Below are positions 1 through 27,953 of a stretch of 64,000 bases of DNA, in pieces. Every line of letters starts with the position of its first letter. The stretch's first letter is position 1. This stretch comes from Eledone cirrhosa. Taxonomy: Eukaryota. Made by a program: the position numbers and the translations under genes. The notes under the pieces are model-generated. The model worked only from the letters and a program-made list of their open reading frames with translations. It was not told where the DNA came from and made no database searches. The stretch covers positions 302,560,001 to 302,624,000 of the forward strand of contig OZ024741.1 in the NCBI GenBank assembly GCA_964016885.1, given 5' to 3'.

Positions 1-1405
1 CTCTCCACCCATCACGGTCCTTCGTCATCTCTTCCGTGAGTTTCAGCGATCTGATGTCTGCTCTCACCACCTCCGCCCATGTCTTTCGTGGTCTACCTCT
101 ACTGTATCTTCCCTCCACTACCATCGTTCATCCTCCATGCGTATCACATGTCCATACCATCTCAGCCTTCTCTCCTGCACACGACAACTTAACCCTCTTA
201 TACACAGTTTCTTTCTCAACTCGTCTATGCTTGGTTGTTCATGCGCATTGACATTGCACATCCAACGGAGCATACTTGCTTCATTTCTCTCCAGCCGTCA
301 CATATCTTCTGCAGTTGCTGCCCATGTCTCACTACCATGCAGCGTCGCGCATCCCACACAGGCATCATATAACCGGCCTTTCGTACGCAGAGAGAAACCC
401 TTCTTTGTCAACAGAGGGAGCAGCTTCCTAAACTTCTTCCAACCTGTCCTTATTCTAGATACTATGGGCTCGGAACACCCCCCTCCCATGCTAATCTGAT
501 CACCTAGGTACCAGAAGCTATCAACAACGTCTATAGAACCCACCTGCATTGGAAAAATGAGTCTATCACATCGATTACTACTGCCAACTTTCCCTGTGCA
601 TCTACTGCATACGTAGTTTTCCCGACCTGTTAGTTTGCCTACTATCCCCTACATCTCTTGTGTACCCAAGATCTGCATACATTTTATGGAATTTATGCCA
701 GTTCCTTTCCTACATATCGAACATGGCCATTTCCCTGATGGAATCAGAGTATTGTCCTATCTTCTACATATCAACGCCTTTGTTTTAGCTATGTTCACTC
801 TCAGTCCTCTTGATTCCAACTGCTGTTTCCATAGCCAGAATTTATTCTCTAGCTCCTTTACTGATTCTGTTATAAGAACCAGATCATCAGCATAAAGAAG
901 TTCCCATGGGCATCCAGTCTTAATCTCCTCCGTTATAGCTTGGAGGACTATAATGAACAAGAGTGGGCTGAGGACAGAAAATTGATGTACACCTACTTGT
1001 ATCTGGAATTCCTCACTAAACTCCATTCCTATTCTCACTTTACTGACAACACCCCTGTACATAGCTTGCACTGTCCTCACAAGCCATTCCTCTACCTCTA
1101 GTTTCCTTAGGGACCACCAGATGACAGATCGGGGTACCCTATCAAAGGCCTTCTCTAGGTCTACAAAAGCTAAGTATAGTGGCTTATTCTTCTCTAAGAA
1201 CCTCTCTTGTAGTTGCTTCACTATGAAGAGGGCATCTGTTGTACTTTTCCGAGGCACAAAATCAAACTACATCTCATCTAAATTGACCCTTTCTCTAATC
1301 AGTTGTGCTAATATTCTCTCTGCCACTTTCATAACCTGATCCATCAGCTTTATGCCCCTATAATTGCTCCTCTCTAGAGCATCCCCTTTATCTTTGTAAC
1401 AATTT
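1..1405 (-). mobile_element. Decayed RTE-clade LINE fragment (RT domain)
   Basis: Minus-strand ORF pieces LYLAFVDLEKAFDRVP, GVHQFSVLSPLLF, ELLYADDL, KGRLYDACV; interrupted by stops. Confidence 0.9.
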
Positions 1406-1513
1406 CCTGGCATTTCTTCTCTTTGGCACACCACCTTGGATTCTTCTTAAACCTAGCTTCTCCCTCAGCTTATCCAAGCTCTGCCTTTCTCACACACTTG
1501 CATTGCACATCCA

Positions 1514-2170
1514 ATGAAGCAGAGGAGGTGTGCCGAGAGTATAATAGCTAGAATAAAGATAGAATGGAAGAAGTTTAGAGAGCTTCTCCCACTGTTGACA
1601 ACAACAGGATGGCTGTATGACCCTTATGTGCAAAGTGCAATGCTATATGGTAGTGAAACATGGGCTGTGATTGCAGAGGACGTGTGTTCAAATTTCATTG
1701 GGATTTACTTTTCTCTTCCATCCTAACAGTATTGAGAAAATAAATTCCAATTACAGAAACTGAATTTGGAATCAAAATGTCTGAGGGTAAACTTAGCCAA
1801 AACTAAAGTGTTAGTGAGTAGGAAAGAAGATAGGACCCAGATTCCTTCAGGGAAGTGGCCTTGCACAATATGTAGAAAAGGAGTAGGCATAAACTTCATA
1901 CAATGTACACAATGTAAATCTTGTAGTGGGATAATGAGTAGACTAATGGGAAGGGAGAACTTTGCATGTAGATGATGTACAGGAGTAATGGAGAGGAAGA
2001 GTGTCAATGATATAAACCTTTTCCAGTCACAGCACCTGGGCGGAGGTTGTGAGAGCTGACTAAGACTGGCAGAGGAGATGACGAAGGAACGTGATTAGTG
2101 GAGAGATGCTGTGCTGAGAAAGACCCATCCAACCCATGCAAGCATGGAAAAACGACATAAAACGATGATG
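1514..2170 (+). mobile_element. Rearranged RTE LINE fragments with 3' end and (GAT)n tail
   Basis: KKFRELLPLLT and LRVNLAKTKV peptides; ends in catgcaagcatggaaaa...gatgatgat, like other copies in the window. Confidence 0.75.
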
Positions 2171-3655
2171 ATGTATGTACCTGTAATACCTGATGGAGTC
2201 ACAGGGGTACTTTAGTATGTCATTTTTAAAACCTGGCAGAGCCTATCACCTCTCAGTCTGAGCACAACTGATTTCTTCCAGAGAAGGAGAGAGAGAGTGG
2301 ATAGAGATGCAGTAAGAAAGATACTGAGGAAAAATTGGCCCTCCAGTACTGGACTGTTACTTTTTTTATCAACTTCGCAAAGCAAAGTTGACAATGATGG
2401 AATTTGAACTCAGAGCACAGAGATCCAATATGAATACCACTAAGCATTTTATCTGATGTTCTAACAACTTTGCCAATTTGCTGCCGTGATAAAATCTGTA
2501 CCAGTAGTGTATTAGAGTTGTGTCAATCTACTAAATACTTCATCTGCCAAAGTGTGTGAACATTAGAAATCATCATCAGTGGAGCATTGGACAACATGCT
2601 TAGTGGCATATAGTTATGACCCTTTATATTCAGAGTTCTGAGGTTAGTTTTCATTCTTACGAGGTCAATAAAATAAAGTACCAGTAACGCACTGGGTTCG
2701 ATTTAGTCAACTTTCTCTTCCCCCAAAATTGCTGACCTTGTGCCTTAATCAGAAACAATTAATATTATGATGAATTGGTAAGAATCGTGGATTGGCAGAA
2801 TCATTAATTTGTCAGATGAAATGCATTGCAGTGTTTCATTACAACACTGTTCTGGTTTCAAATCCCACTGAGATCAACTTTGCCTTTCATCTTTCCAGGG
2901 TCGACGGGTTAATATAATTGACCCTCCCCCCCTCCCTCCCTAACTTTTGGCCTTAGTCCTATGTTAGAAACTATTATGATGAATTGGTAGAATGGTATTA
3001 AATTTGTATATCCAACTGAAATCAACTTTGTCTTTTGTCGTTCTGGGGTCGATAAAATAAAGCCCCAGTAATGCACTGAGGTTGGTTTAATCGATCCCTC
3101 CTCCCTAAAATTGTTGGCCTTGTGCCTAAATCAGAAATCATTATTATTACTAGCAGAAAAACCACCCTTCGGGTGGTTTTCTGCTAGTATGTGTAGTGTG
3201 TATATTGATATTTTACGCAAGTATATATGCATGTAGATATGATACCCCAAATAAGATCGTAATTGACAATATACACAGAAATTGAATGAAGACTGTGTTA
3301 CACTTATCATCATCATCATCGTTTAACGTCTATCTTCCACGCTAGCATGGGTTTAGACGGGAATTGTCCCACGTAAGGCAAGATTGGTTGTCTTGCTCGT
3401 ATAGTACTCTCTGGCGGGTTTTCTATGGCTGGATGCCCTTCCTAACACCAACCACGTTTACAGTGTGGACTGGGAGGTTTTTACTGTGTTACCTACACAG
3501 CCACATTACAGCGTGGACTGTGTTTTTTTGTCGTGACACCTACACAACCTCATTTATTTAGGACTGGATGTTGTGGAACCAACATAACTTTAGGTGTAGA
3601 TGGGGGTGGGGGTAAGGGTAGTGGGATGGGGGTGTATTTTTGGTTAGGGGATGCC

Positions 3656-5300
3656 TACTGACTAGGTTTCGCTTTGTACTTAGGCAAAGCGGGTCTTCTG
3701 TATTACTGTGTAGCGCCAAAGATCTCAGTCCAGTGACATTTCTTGGAGTGGTGTAAGTGTGTAAGGTCGGAATTTATCAAGTCCCAGGTTTTTCTGGGTC
3801 TGCCTACTCCGTAACTTCCATCTATTTTGATCGCCCTGCACTTTTTTATACAACTGTCGTCTTTCATGCGCATCATGTGAACATACCAACGTAGTCTTCT
3901 CTCGAGTAAACAACATCTGATCCCTCTTATTCCTAATTTCTCCCTTAGTTCATTTATGCTTTACCGTTCACGTATATTACTATTACACATCCAACGGAGC
4001 ATGCAAGCTTTGTTCCTCTCCAGTCTGCGCAGATCCTCTGCACACAATGCCCATGTCTCACTGCCATGTAGCATTGCTGTTCGTATGCAGGCATCATACA
4101 GTCTGCCTTTTATTGTTAGGGAGAAACCTTTAGCGTCCAATAGTGGTATAAGTTCTCTGAACTTTTTCTATCCCATTCTGACTCTAGCTACTGTACTTTC
4201 ACCCAGGTAACAGAAGGTGTCCACTATTTCTATAGAACCATCTGGGCAATGGAAGGAGCTAGTATCCTGTGGTCACTTGCTACTACTTATTGCACCTGAG
4301 CACCGGCCACATATAAAATCTACGTTCTTAGATAGCTTACCTGTGATCCCACTACATCTTTTATGCACCCATACTTTGCATTTGGGACATAAAATGGAGT
4401 TTCTGCCTACTTCTTTCCTACACACTGAGCATGGCCATTTCCCAGAGGAGACCAGTGCCCTATTTTCCTTCCTACATACTAGAACTTTAGTCTTAGACAA
4501 GTTAATTTTAAGGCCTTTTGATTCTAGGCCATGCTTCCAAGTTTGGAATTTCTTCTCTAGTTCAGCCATTGATTCAGCTATGAGCGTTAGATCATCTGCG
4601 TATAGAAGTTCCCATGGGCAGCCGGTCTTGAACTCCTCTGTTATAGCCTGAAGAGCAATAATAAATAGGAGGGGGCTAAAGACAGAGCCCTGATGAACAC
4701 CGTCTTTTATGCTAAATTCTTCACTATATTCGTTGTTAATTCTAACCTTGCTGACTGTTTCTTTATATATATGGCTTGTATAGCTCTCACGAGCCATTCA
4801 TCAACACCTAGTTTTCTAAGAGCCCACCAGATAATGGAGTGGAGGACTCTGTCAAAGGCTTTCTCCAAGTCAACAAAAGCTAAGTATAGGGGTTTACTTT
4901 TAGCTAGGTACTTCTCCTGTAGTTGTCGTACAAGGAAAAGAGCGTCTGGTACTTTTACCTGACACAAACCCAAACTGCATTTCATTTAGATCAATTCGCT
5001 CTCTGATTAGTTGCGCTATAACTTTTTCTGTGACCTTCAGGATCTGGTCAATTAATTTAATGCCTCTATAGTTTCCCCTGTCTCGGGCATCTCCTTTACC
5101 CTTGTAGCAGTTAATGATGATGCTGCTACGCCAGTCATTTGGTATGACCCCATTCTGTATGACTTCGTTTACTATCCAGGAGACCAGGGTGTGTCCCACC
5201 AATCCAGATGCTTTCAGCATTTCAGGCAACTATCTCCGAAGGCCCAGCTGCTTTGCCTGTCATCATATCTTTGATTGCCTTACTTATCCTGTCTTATTTA
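3656..5300 (-). mobile_element. Decayed RTE-clade LINE (RT plus 3' region)
   Basis: YKGKGD...NYRGIKL, LAFVDLEKAFDRV, GVHQGSVFSPLLF, YADDL and the Cys-rich WPCSVC..C..C..WVHKRC segment, spread over frameshifted ORFs. Confidence 0.92.
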
Positions 5301-6760
5301 ATCAGTAACGTAATCCAAGATACATTAAAAAAAAGACGATATTATATATAAACTGCATTAGGAGAAAATTAGTGACGGAAATATATGAGTATTTATTTAA
5401 GCGATCGCCACCGGAAGTGTTTACATTTGAAAATTTTAAAGAATTGAATCTTTAAATTAATAATAAAATATATTTCATGAACAGCCACGAAATTTAGTAG
5501 ATAAATTATGTAATATTCATTCATTATTTATTCAAAGTAATGCAACTTATTTTACTAAGGGGATAAAAAATTATAAACCGTACGCAATCCTGCGCTTCTT
5601 ACTTTATTATAGTTTAGATAGAGTGGTGAAGTTGTTAGAGTTGAACAAAATAGCATATAGTATTTAGTTATGGCTTTTTATGTTCTCAGTTCAAATCCTG
5701 TCAAATTCAACTTTGACTTTCGTCCTTTTTGTGTTGAAAAAATACCAGTCAAATACGGGGCAGGGGGGTCGATATAGCCCCCCCCCCATACTGGCCTTGT
5801 GCCCAAATTAGAAACCTAACCAGTGGTGGTTAGTATCTTCCTAGTCTCGATCTCAAGAAATGCCCAATCTATTATCTCAAATTCTGGCACAAGCACTACA
5901 AAAGCATATGTGTGTAATATCATCATCATTATTTTTATGTCAGTTTTTCCATGTTAGCATGGGTTGGATGGGTTCTTCTCAGCACAGTATCTTTCCACTC
6001 GTGATCCTTTGACTTCTGTTAGTCTGTTATTTGAGATCAGCTCTCAACCTCTGCCTGCAGTGTCAGTAGAGGGTTGGACGCCATGCTTTCTAGCATAGTT
6101 ATGTCCCTTTACGTTCTGAGTTCAAATCCTGCTGAGGTTAACTTTGCCTTTCATCCTTACGAGGTCGATAAAATAAAGTACCAGTAATGTACTGGGCAAT
6201 TGCTGGCCTTGTGCTAAAAGTAGAAACAATTATTATTATTGGGTGATAGATTGGCAGTGTCATCACTGTTTGACAAATGCTTTGCTGTATTTGTTCCACC
6301 TCTTCATGCTTTGTGTTTTAATCCTGCTGAGGTCAACTTTGCCTTTCATCCTTTTGGCGTTGAGAAAATTAAGTACTTGGGGTTGATATAATCAACTTTC
6401 CTCTTCCTCCAGAATGCTGGCCTTGTGCCTAAATTAGAAATTATTATTATTAGGTTCTGAGTTTAAATCTCGCTGAGGTTAGTTTTGCCTTTCATCTTTA
6501 TGGGGTCAATAAAATAAAGTACCAGTAGCACTGGGGTCAATTTAATCGACTTTCTTTCCCCCCCCTCCCCTCCAATTGGTATCTTTGTGCTTATAGTACA
6601 AACAATTATTATTATATGTAGTAGTTCTAGTGCTGTTGTGTCACCAAAGGTATGCTATTTTCTTCTAAAATATATATCATTTGTTAATTTCTTTCAAGCT
6701 TCAACACATGAAAAATACTGATTGTGTTTGATTCTTTTTCTTTCTTTTTGCAATACTCAG

Positions 6761-22524
<15,764 letters not shown>

Positions 22525-23003
22525 AAGTTCATGTTTCACAGTTTAGAATATTACAAAAAAAGCATAAGTTAAAAACAACAAAGAGATAAACTGAGATGAA
22601 ATACCTACATTCCGACTTTAGTTAACATTTTTTTTCAACAAATATTAAGACAATTTAACCCAAAGCAATTCAAACCCAAAGCAAATATTTAAGGCCATTT
22701 TTTAAGAAAGAAAATAAAGAAGAAATCAGTTAAATCAACTCAATTTAAAACAATAACCATGTCAACACCAAATATCATAAACATAAAATTTTAGGTAATT
22801 GATCAAATCATCATACTGCCACCCACACCTTCAATTTGGTTGTCCGTTTTCTCTTTTATTTCATTTTTTTGACCTTCTACCATCAGCTCATTTGGAATCT
22901 TTAATGTCACTAGTTTGTCCAGAATGAGGTTAGCAGCAAGGGCTCAGCTTCAGAAAAAAGGAGCAATTGATGCAAGCTTGTACGCTTCTGTTTCATATTT
23001 AGA

Positions 23004-23009
23004 AATAAA
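23004..23009 (+). terminator. Candidate PSME3 polyadenylation signal (alternative AATAAA at 22713-22718)
   Basis: AATAAA followed by T/GT-rich sequence, about 480 nt after the stop codon. Confidence 0.45.
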
Positions 23010-23111
23010 GCTGCCAATTTTTTTCCTTTCATTTTATAACTTGATTGTCTTTTTTGTTTTCATTCCTGTCGCTGTATGTGTGTTTGTATATATATGGCTG
23101 TGTGTGTATAT

Positions 23112-23298
23112 CGGTGGATTGGCAGTATCGGGAGAGGGTCGGACGCCATGCTTTCCAGCATAGTTACGTCCCTTTATGATCTGAGTTCAAATCCCGCCGA
23201 GGTTAACTTTGCCTTTCATCCTTACGGGGTCGATAAAATAAAGTACCAGTAATGCACTGGATAATTGCTGGCCTTGTGCCTAAAGTAGAAACAATTAT
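23112..23298 (+). mobile_element. tRNA-derived SINE with Deu/Nin-like central domain (many copies: about 2790-3140, 6060-6610, 12231-12415, 28136-28330, 29149-29340, 39570-39990, 48130-48270, 60980-61085)
   Basis: ggtggattggcag (A box)...gagttcaaatccc (B box)...ctttgcctttcatcc..ggggtcgataaaataaagtaccag...ggccttgtgcctaaa, repeated well over ten times on both strands. Confidence 0.85.
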
Positions 23299-23307
23299 TT
23301 AATATTG

Positions 23308-23410
23308 AATGGCTTCTACAGGACTAGAACTGTTTCATTCATATGAAATCATCAGGACATTCCTGATGATTTCATATGAATGAAACAGTTCTAGTCCTGT
23401 AGAAGCCATT
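23308..23410. repeat. Perfect palindrome (50-bp arms, 3-nt loop) with a hammerhead-like core in each arm
   Basis: 23308-23357 is the exact reverse complement of 23361-23410; the arm contains CTGATGA-T-TTC(ATAT)GAA-T-GAAACAGTT. Confidence 0.9.
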
Positions 23411-24059
23411 TCTCTATTAAATAATGATGCTTACACTCTACTAATGTATTGAGTACCTTATTTACTGTGGTTAACCCCAATTTAACCAAAGATCTACATA
23501 TCATCACCGTTTAACGTTCATTTTTCCATGTTGGCATGAGTTAGACGAGTTATCCTTTTGTGAGCAATGCCAGGTCAGGTGACCATGTCTTGCTCATACA
23601 GAACCAATTTTGGCTTGATTTCCACAGCTGGATGCCATTTCTAGTGTCAACCTCATTTATAGTGAGTACTGGGTGCTTTTTGCTGTGTTGCCATCATGAC
23701 CACTTTACAGTGTGGGCTGGAGGCTTTACTGGATGTGTATGTATGTATATATATATATATCATCATTTTTACGTCCGCTTTTCCCTGCTTGCAAGGGTGG
23801 GACGGGAACTGATTCTGGCTTGATTTCTGCAGCTGGATGCCCTTCCTAACACCAATCTCATTTACAGTGAGTGGTGGGTGCTTTTTTGCCGTGGCACCTC
23901 CACGACCACTTTGCAGTGGAATGATAGGGACCCCACTCCCTATCATCTCATTTCTACAGCTGAGTAAACTGGAGCAATGTGAAATAAAGTGTCTTGCTCA
24001 ATGAAACAACACATCACCCGGTCTGAGAATTGAACTCACAACCTTTCGATTGCAAGGCT

Positions 24060-24105
<46 letters not shown>

Positions 24106-24719
24106 TGTATCCAGTTTAGAAAAGGTACATCATAATGCTTTGACATTCATGTATATTACTATGAGAGGCAACTGAAAGAATTGGTGACAGGTAGAGCATC
24201 CAGCTGTAAAATATTTCCTCAAAAAGACCCGTTCTGACCACTCCACACAGATGACTGGGTGTCTTCTGTTGTACAACCACCATATAGAGTGGATGGGTGC
24301 CTCCTGTTAAGTCACTATCATGACCACCTTACAGGATGGACTGGGTACTTATTTGGTGTGTGACCAGCATGACTAACTTGCAGGGAGGGCTATGTGCTCT
24401 GTTGTCATTGTCACCTTCCAGGAAGGACTAAGTGCTCTTTTGTCATGACACCAACATTAGCATCTTACATGGTGGGCTAGAGGCTTTTGTTGTGTCACCA
24501 GCATGACCAACTTAAGGATTGAATAAGAACTTTTTAGCCATTTCAGCAGCATTGTGGAAGAGTGTGTTTAGCTTGTATGCATGGTTTGTTCAAGAGAGGT
24601 GCATCAGATGTGGAAAGTGGGGTTTGGGGGTAGGCATGTATGTAGGGTGGGGAACTTAACTGGTGGAGTGGGAGAAATGGTGCATACTACAGACCACTAG
24701 ATATATGCTTCAACCTGTG

Positions 24720-26350
24720 CACATGAGAAGGCAGGTCTTCTACAGTGCTGTATAATGCCAGAGATCTCAATCCTGTGACATAGCCTTTGAGAGGTGCAAT
24801 TGTGTGCAGTTGATTTTATCACCTCATCCCAAGCCTTCTTAGGTCTTTCTCTTCCATAACTTCCATCAACTTCCATCAACTTTGATCACTCTGCACTTTT
24901 TTATACAGCTGTCATCCTTCATATGGATTACATGTCCATACCATCTCAATCTCCTCTCCTGCACACAGCATCTGATCCCTCTTATGCCCAATTTCTCTCA
25001 GTTCATTTACGCTTACGCTTTACCATTCATGAATATTACTATTACACATCCATCGGAACATGGAAGCTTCATTTGTTTCCAATTTTCGTAGACAGAACCC
25101 ATGACTCACTACCATGCAATATTGCTGTTCGTATACATGCATTATACAATCTGCCCTTCATTTTGAGGGAAAAACCTTTTGTAGCTAGCAGTGTTAGTAG
25201 CTCCCTGAATTTTTCCAACCCATTCTTACTGTGGCTACTGTACTTTTGGAACACTCATATCCACTGCTAATTTGGTCGCCCTGCGTTTATGGAACCTTCT
25301 AAGAATTTGATAGAGCCTGTTTCCTATGAGATTTTGCTCCTGTGCAACGACCATATGTACAACTTAACGTTCTTTGCTAACTTATCTTGGATCCTGCTAC
25401 ATCTCTTGTGTACTCGTAGTTTCAAATTGGGACAAAAGATAGAATTTCTATCGACTTCTTTCCTACACACTGAGCAGGGCCATTGCCCTGAAGGGATCAG
25501 GGCTTTGTTTTCCTTTTTACATACTAGGACTTTAGTCTTTGTCAAGTTGACTTTGAGACGTTTTGATTACCAGTTATACTTCCAGGTCAGGAATGTTTTC
25601 TCTAGTTCTACCATAGATTCAGCTATAAGAGTTAAATCGGAGTTCCCAAGGCATCCTGTTTTAAACTATTCTGTTATAGCCTGGAGAGGGTTAAGGACCG
25701 AGTCCTAGTGGACCCAAACTTGCACGCTGATCTCACTATAGTCATTAATTTACACCTCTGTACATGGTTTGTATCGCCCTCAGAAGCCACTCGTCTACTA
25801 GTTTCCTACAGGACGTAGTTTCCTCTGTCTAGTACATCACATTTAATCCTTGTAACAGTTGACAGTGATACTGCTACACCAGTCATTGGGTATAGCACCC
25901 TTTTGTATTACTTGGTTTACAATGTGGGTGGTTGTGTTGTGACCTACCATCCCAGATGCTCTCAGCAACTATTCCCGATGGTCCAACTGATTTGCCTGTC
26001 TTCATATCTTTAATTGCCATACTTACTGCTGTCTTGTACAGCTGACGCCTTTGTTGGGTCCACTTAGGGCAGGCTATCTTCCTCTCAGGTATTCTCCTCA
26101 TTCATTAGTCTCTCATAATGACACTTCAATGATGCCTTCTTTTCGGTTTCAGTGAGGGCAAGTGCACCATTGCCACTCGGATACACTTCTCCCCAACAAC
26201 ATCATTATTTTCTCTGATACACTGACTCGCGATCTTGAATACCTCATGCCTTTGGTCCTCGCATCACAAACATGCATAAACTTATTCTCTGCCCCACCCC
26301 TGCAAAGTATACTTGTCGCCTAACCATTCTCTTGGCCTTTTGATAAAGTT
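24720..26350 (-). mobile_element. Decayed RTE-clade LINE with internal deletions
   Basis: KTGKSVGPSGIVAE, TKTKVLVCKKE..WPCSVC and KGRLYNACIRTA fragments. Confidence 0.85.
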
Positions 26351-27099
26351 TTCTGCTTCCTCAAGTTTACCATTCATTCTATGACTACCTTTTGGCCTTA
26401 ATTGATTCACCCACTCTACATTTCTACCACTAAGCTGCTTTCCTACTCCATGGACTGTTGCTCCAACCACATACTTTGTTTGTGGCCTTCAGTAGATTAT
26501 ATTTCAGGAACTCCCACTGTTTATCAGCGTCGCAGAATTCCAAAAGCCTGGATCCTTCATTTCTCGCACCAAATGCTTAACCTCCGTGGATCCCATAGAA
26601 GCCATCACTCTATTGCCCAACATATCAATTAAAGTCTCCTGTTATGATTAAGAGTTTCTAGTCTCTCGCTAGAGAAGTCTGCTTTAGTGATTTGTAAAAG
26701 TCGTCTTTTAGTCCGTCTGACAGTTCCTATTGTGGTGCATATGTAGATATAATAGTTACAGTTCTTTTATTTAGGACTATCCTGAGTTTAATGATTCTGC
26801 TAGCTTTGGTTTTCATCCCTACGGGGTCGATAAAATTAAGTACTAGTGTTGCACTGGGGTCCACATAATCGACTTTCCCCTTCCACAAAATAGTTGGCCT
26901 TGTGCCTAAATCATATGTATGGCTTTGTCAGAAATATAAATGTAAGCAACGTGTTACCTCCCCTGTACAAGGAAAGTATTAGTTTGTACGTATTATGGGT
27001 TATTTCCCTTGAATGAACGACTCAATTCGTCAAGTGAAACAGATATGTTAGCAACAACTTTTTAAAAAAATACCGGATATATATATATATATATTCATT

Positions 27100-27256
27100 T
27101 ATATTAAGGCTAAAAAGTGAATCTTGTTACTCTGGAGTTTCGTCTATTTTCTGTTTATCACAGAGTCATCAGGCAAGAACAGTTCTTGCCTGATGACACA
27201 TGTGATAAACAGGCGAAACTCCAGAGTAACAAGATTCTCTTTTTAGCCTTAATATA
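27100..27256. repeat. Imperfect tail-out palindrome with a hammerhead-like motif on each strand, bounded by (TA)n
   Basis: Centre at 27181; the + arm reads TCTTGC-CTGATGA-...-GAAACTC(CA)GAGTA-ACAAGA and ends ttttagccttaatata; the left arm is its reverse complement with indels in stem II. Confidence 0.8.
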
Positions 27257-27384
27257 TATCAAAACGCCAGCACCAACAGTTTCACAAGAGATGTCAACAT
27301 GAATGGACCTGTTATTTTGATCTAAAGACATTTTTTCCAATTCCAACCCGCCCTTCCCCTCAATCTATCTTATTTCTCATTCTT

Positions 27385-27420
27385 TCTTCTGATGAAGGAC
27401 TAGCGTCCGAAACGTTAAGA
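27385..27420 (+). ncRNA. Minimal hammerhead ribozyme motif (degenerate sister copy on the minus strand at 45085-45120)
   Basis: UCUU-CUGAUGA-A-GGAC(UAGC)GUCC-GAAACGUU/-AAGA; palindromic AACGUU replaces stem III. Confidence 0.8.
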
Positions 27421-27743
27421 CCCTCTTCCTGCTATATCAAGCGTTAACCTAATATATCCCTTCCATATACTGTACCGATTGTGTTGTTATTTCTGTTTAC
27501 CTTTTACACACACAGATATATATATATATATAATTAACGAAGATCACTGGTATTAAGTCAACGATCTCCGGCCAACACCTAGATCACTCAATGAATCAGC
27601 CGAACTGCAGTAATGCAGCTGCAATCAATTGTGCAGAGTGCACACATTTAGTTAATAACCGATACGGTGGCTGTGTTTAGGTAGAGAGAAAGGTAAAAGT
27701 AGATATACATATATGTATATATATATATATATAAATGCACACA

Positions 27744-27796
<53 letters not shown>

Positions 27797-27953
27797 TTCA
27801 AGAGTAACCCATCTTAAAGAGAGAGATGGAGATAGGAGAGAAGAGAGATTGGTGAATTAGTTAGAAGCCAAAGCGTAAAGGCATGTGCTCAAGGTGCAAT
27901 ATGCAGTGGAAGGCAGCTGGGTTCATGCAGAGGTTAGGTGCACAGAGCTGGAA

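Noticed and set aside
6631-6649. Possible micro-exon supplying the missing PSME3 N-terminus (tag...aag|gtatgc)
   Set aside because: 19 nt with no similarity to the expected N-terminal residues and no supporting polypyrimidine tract.
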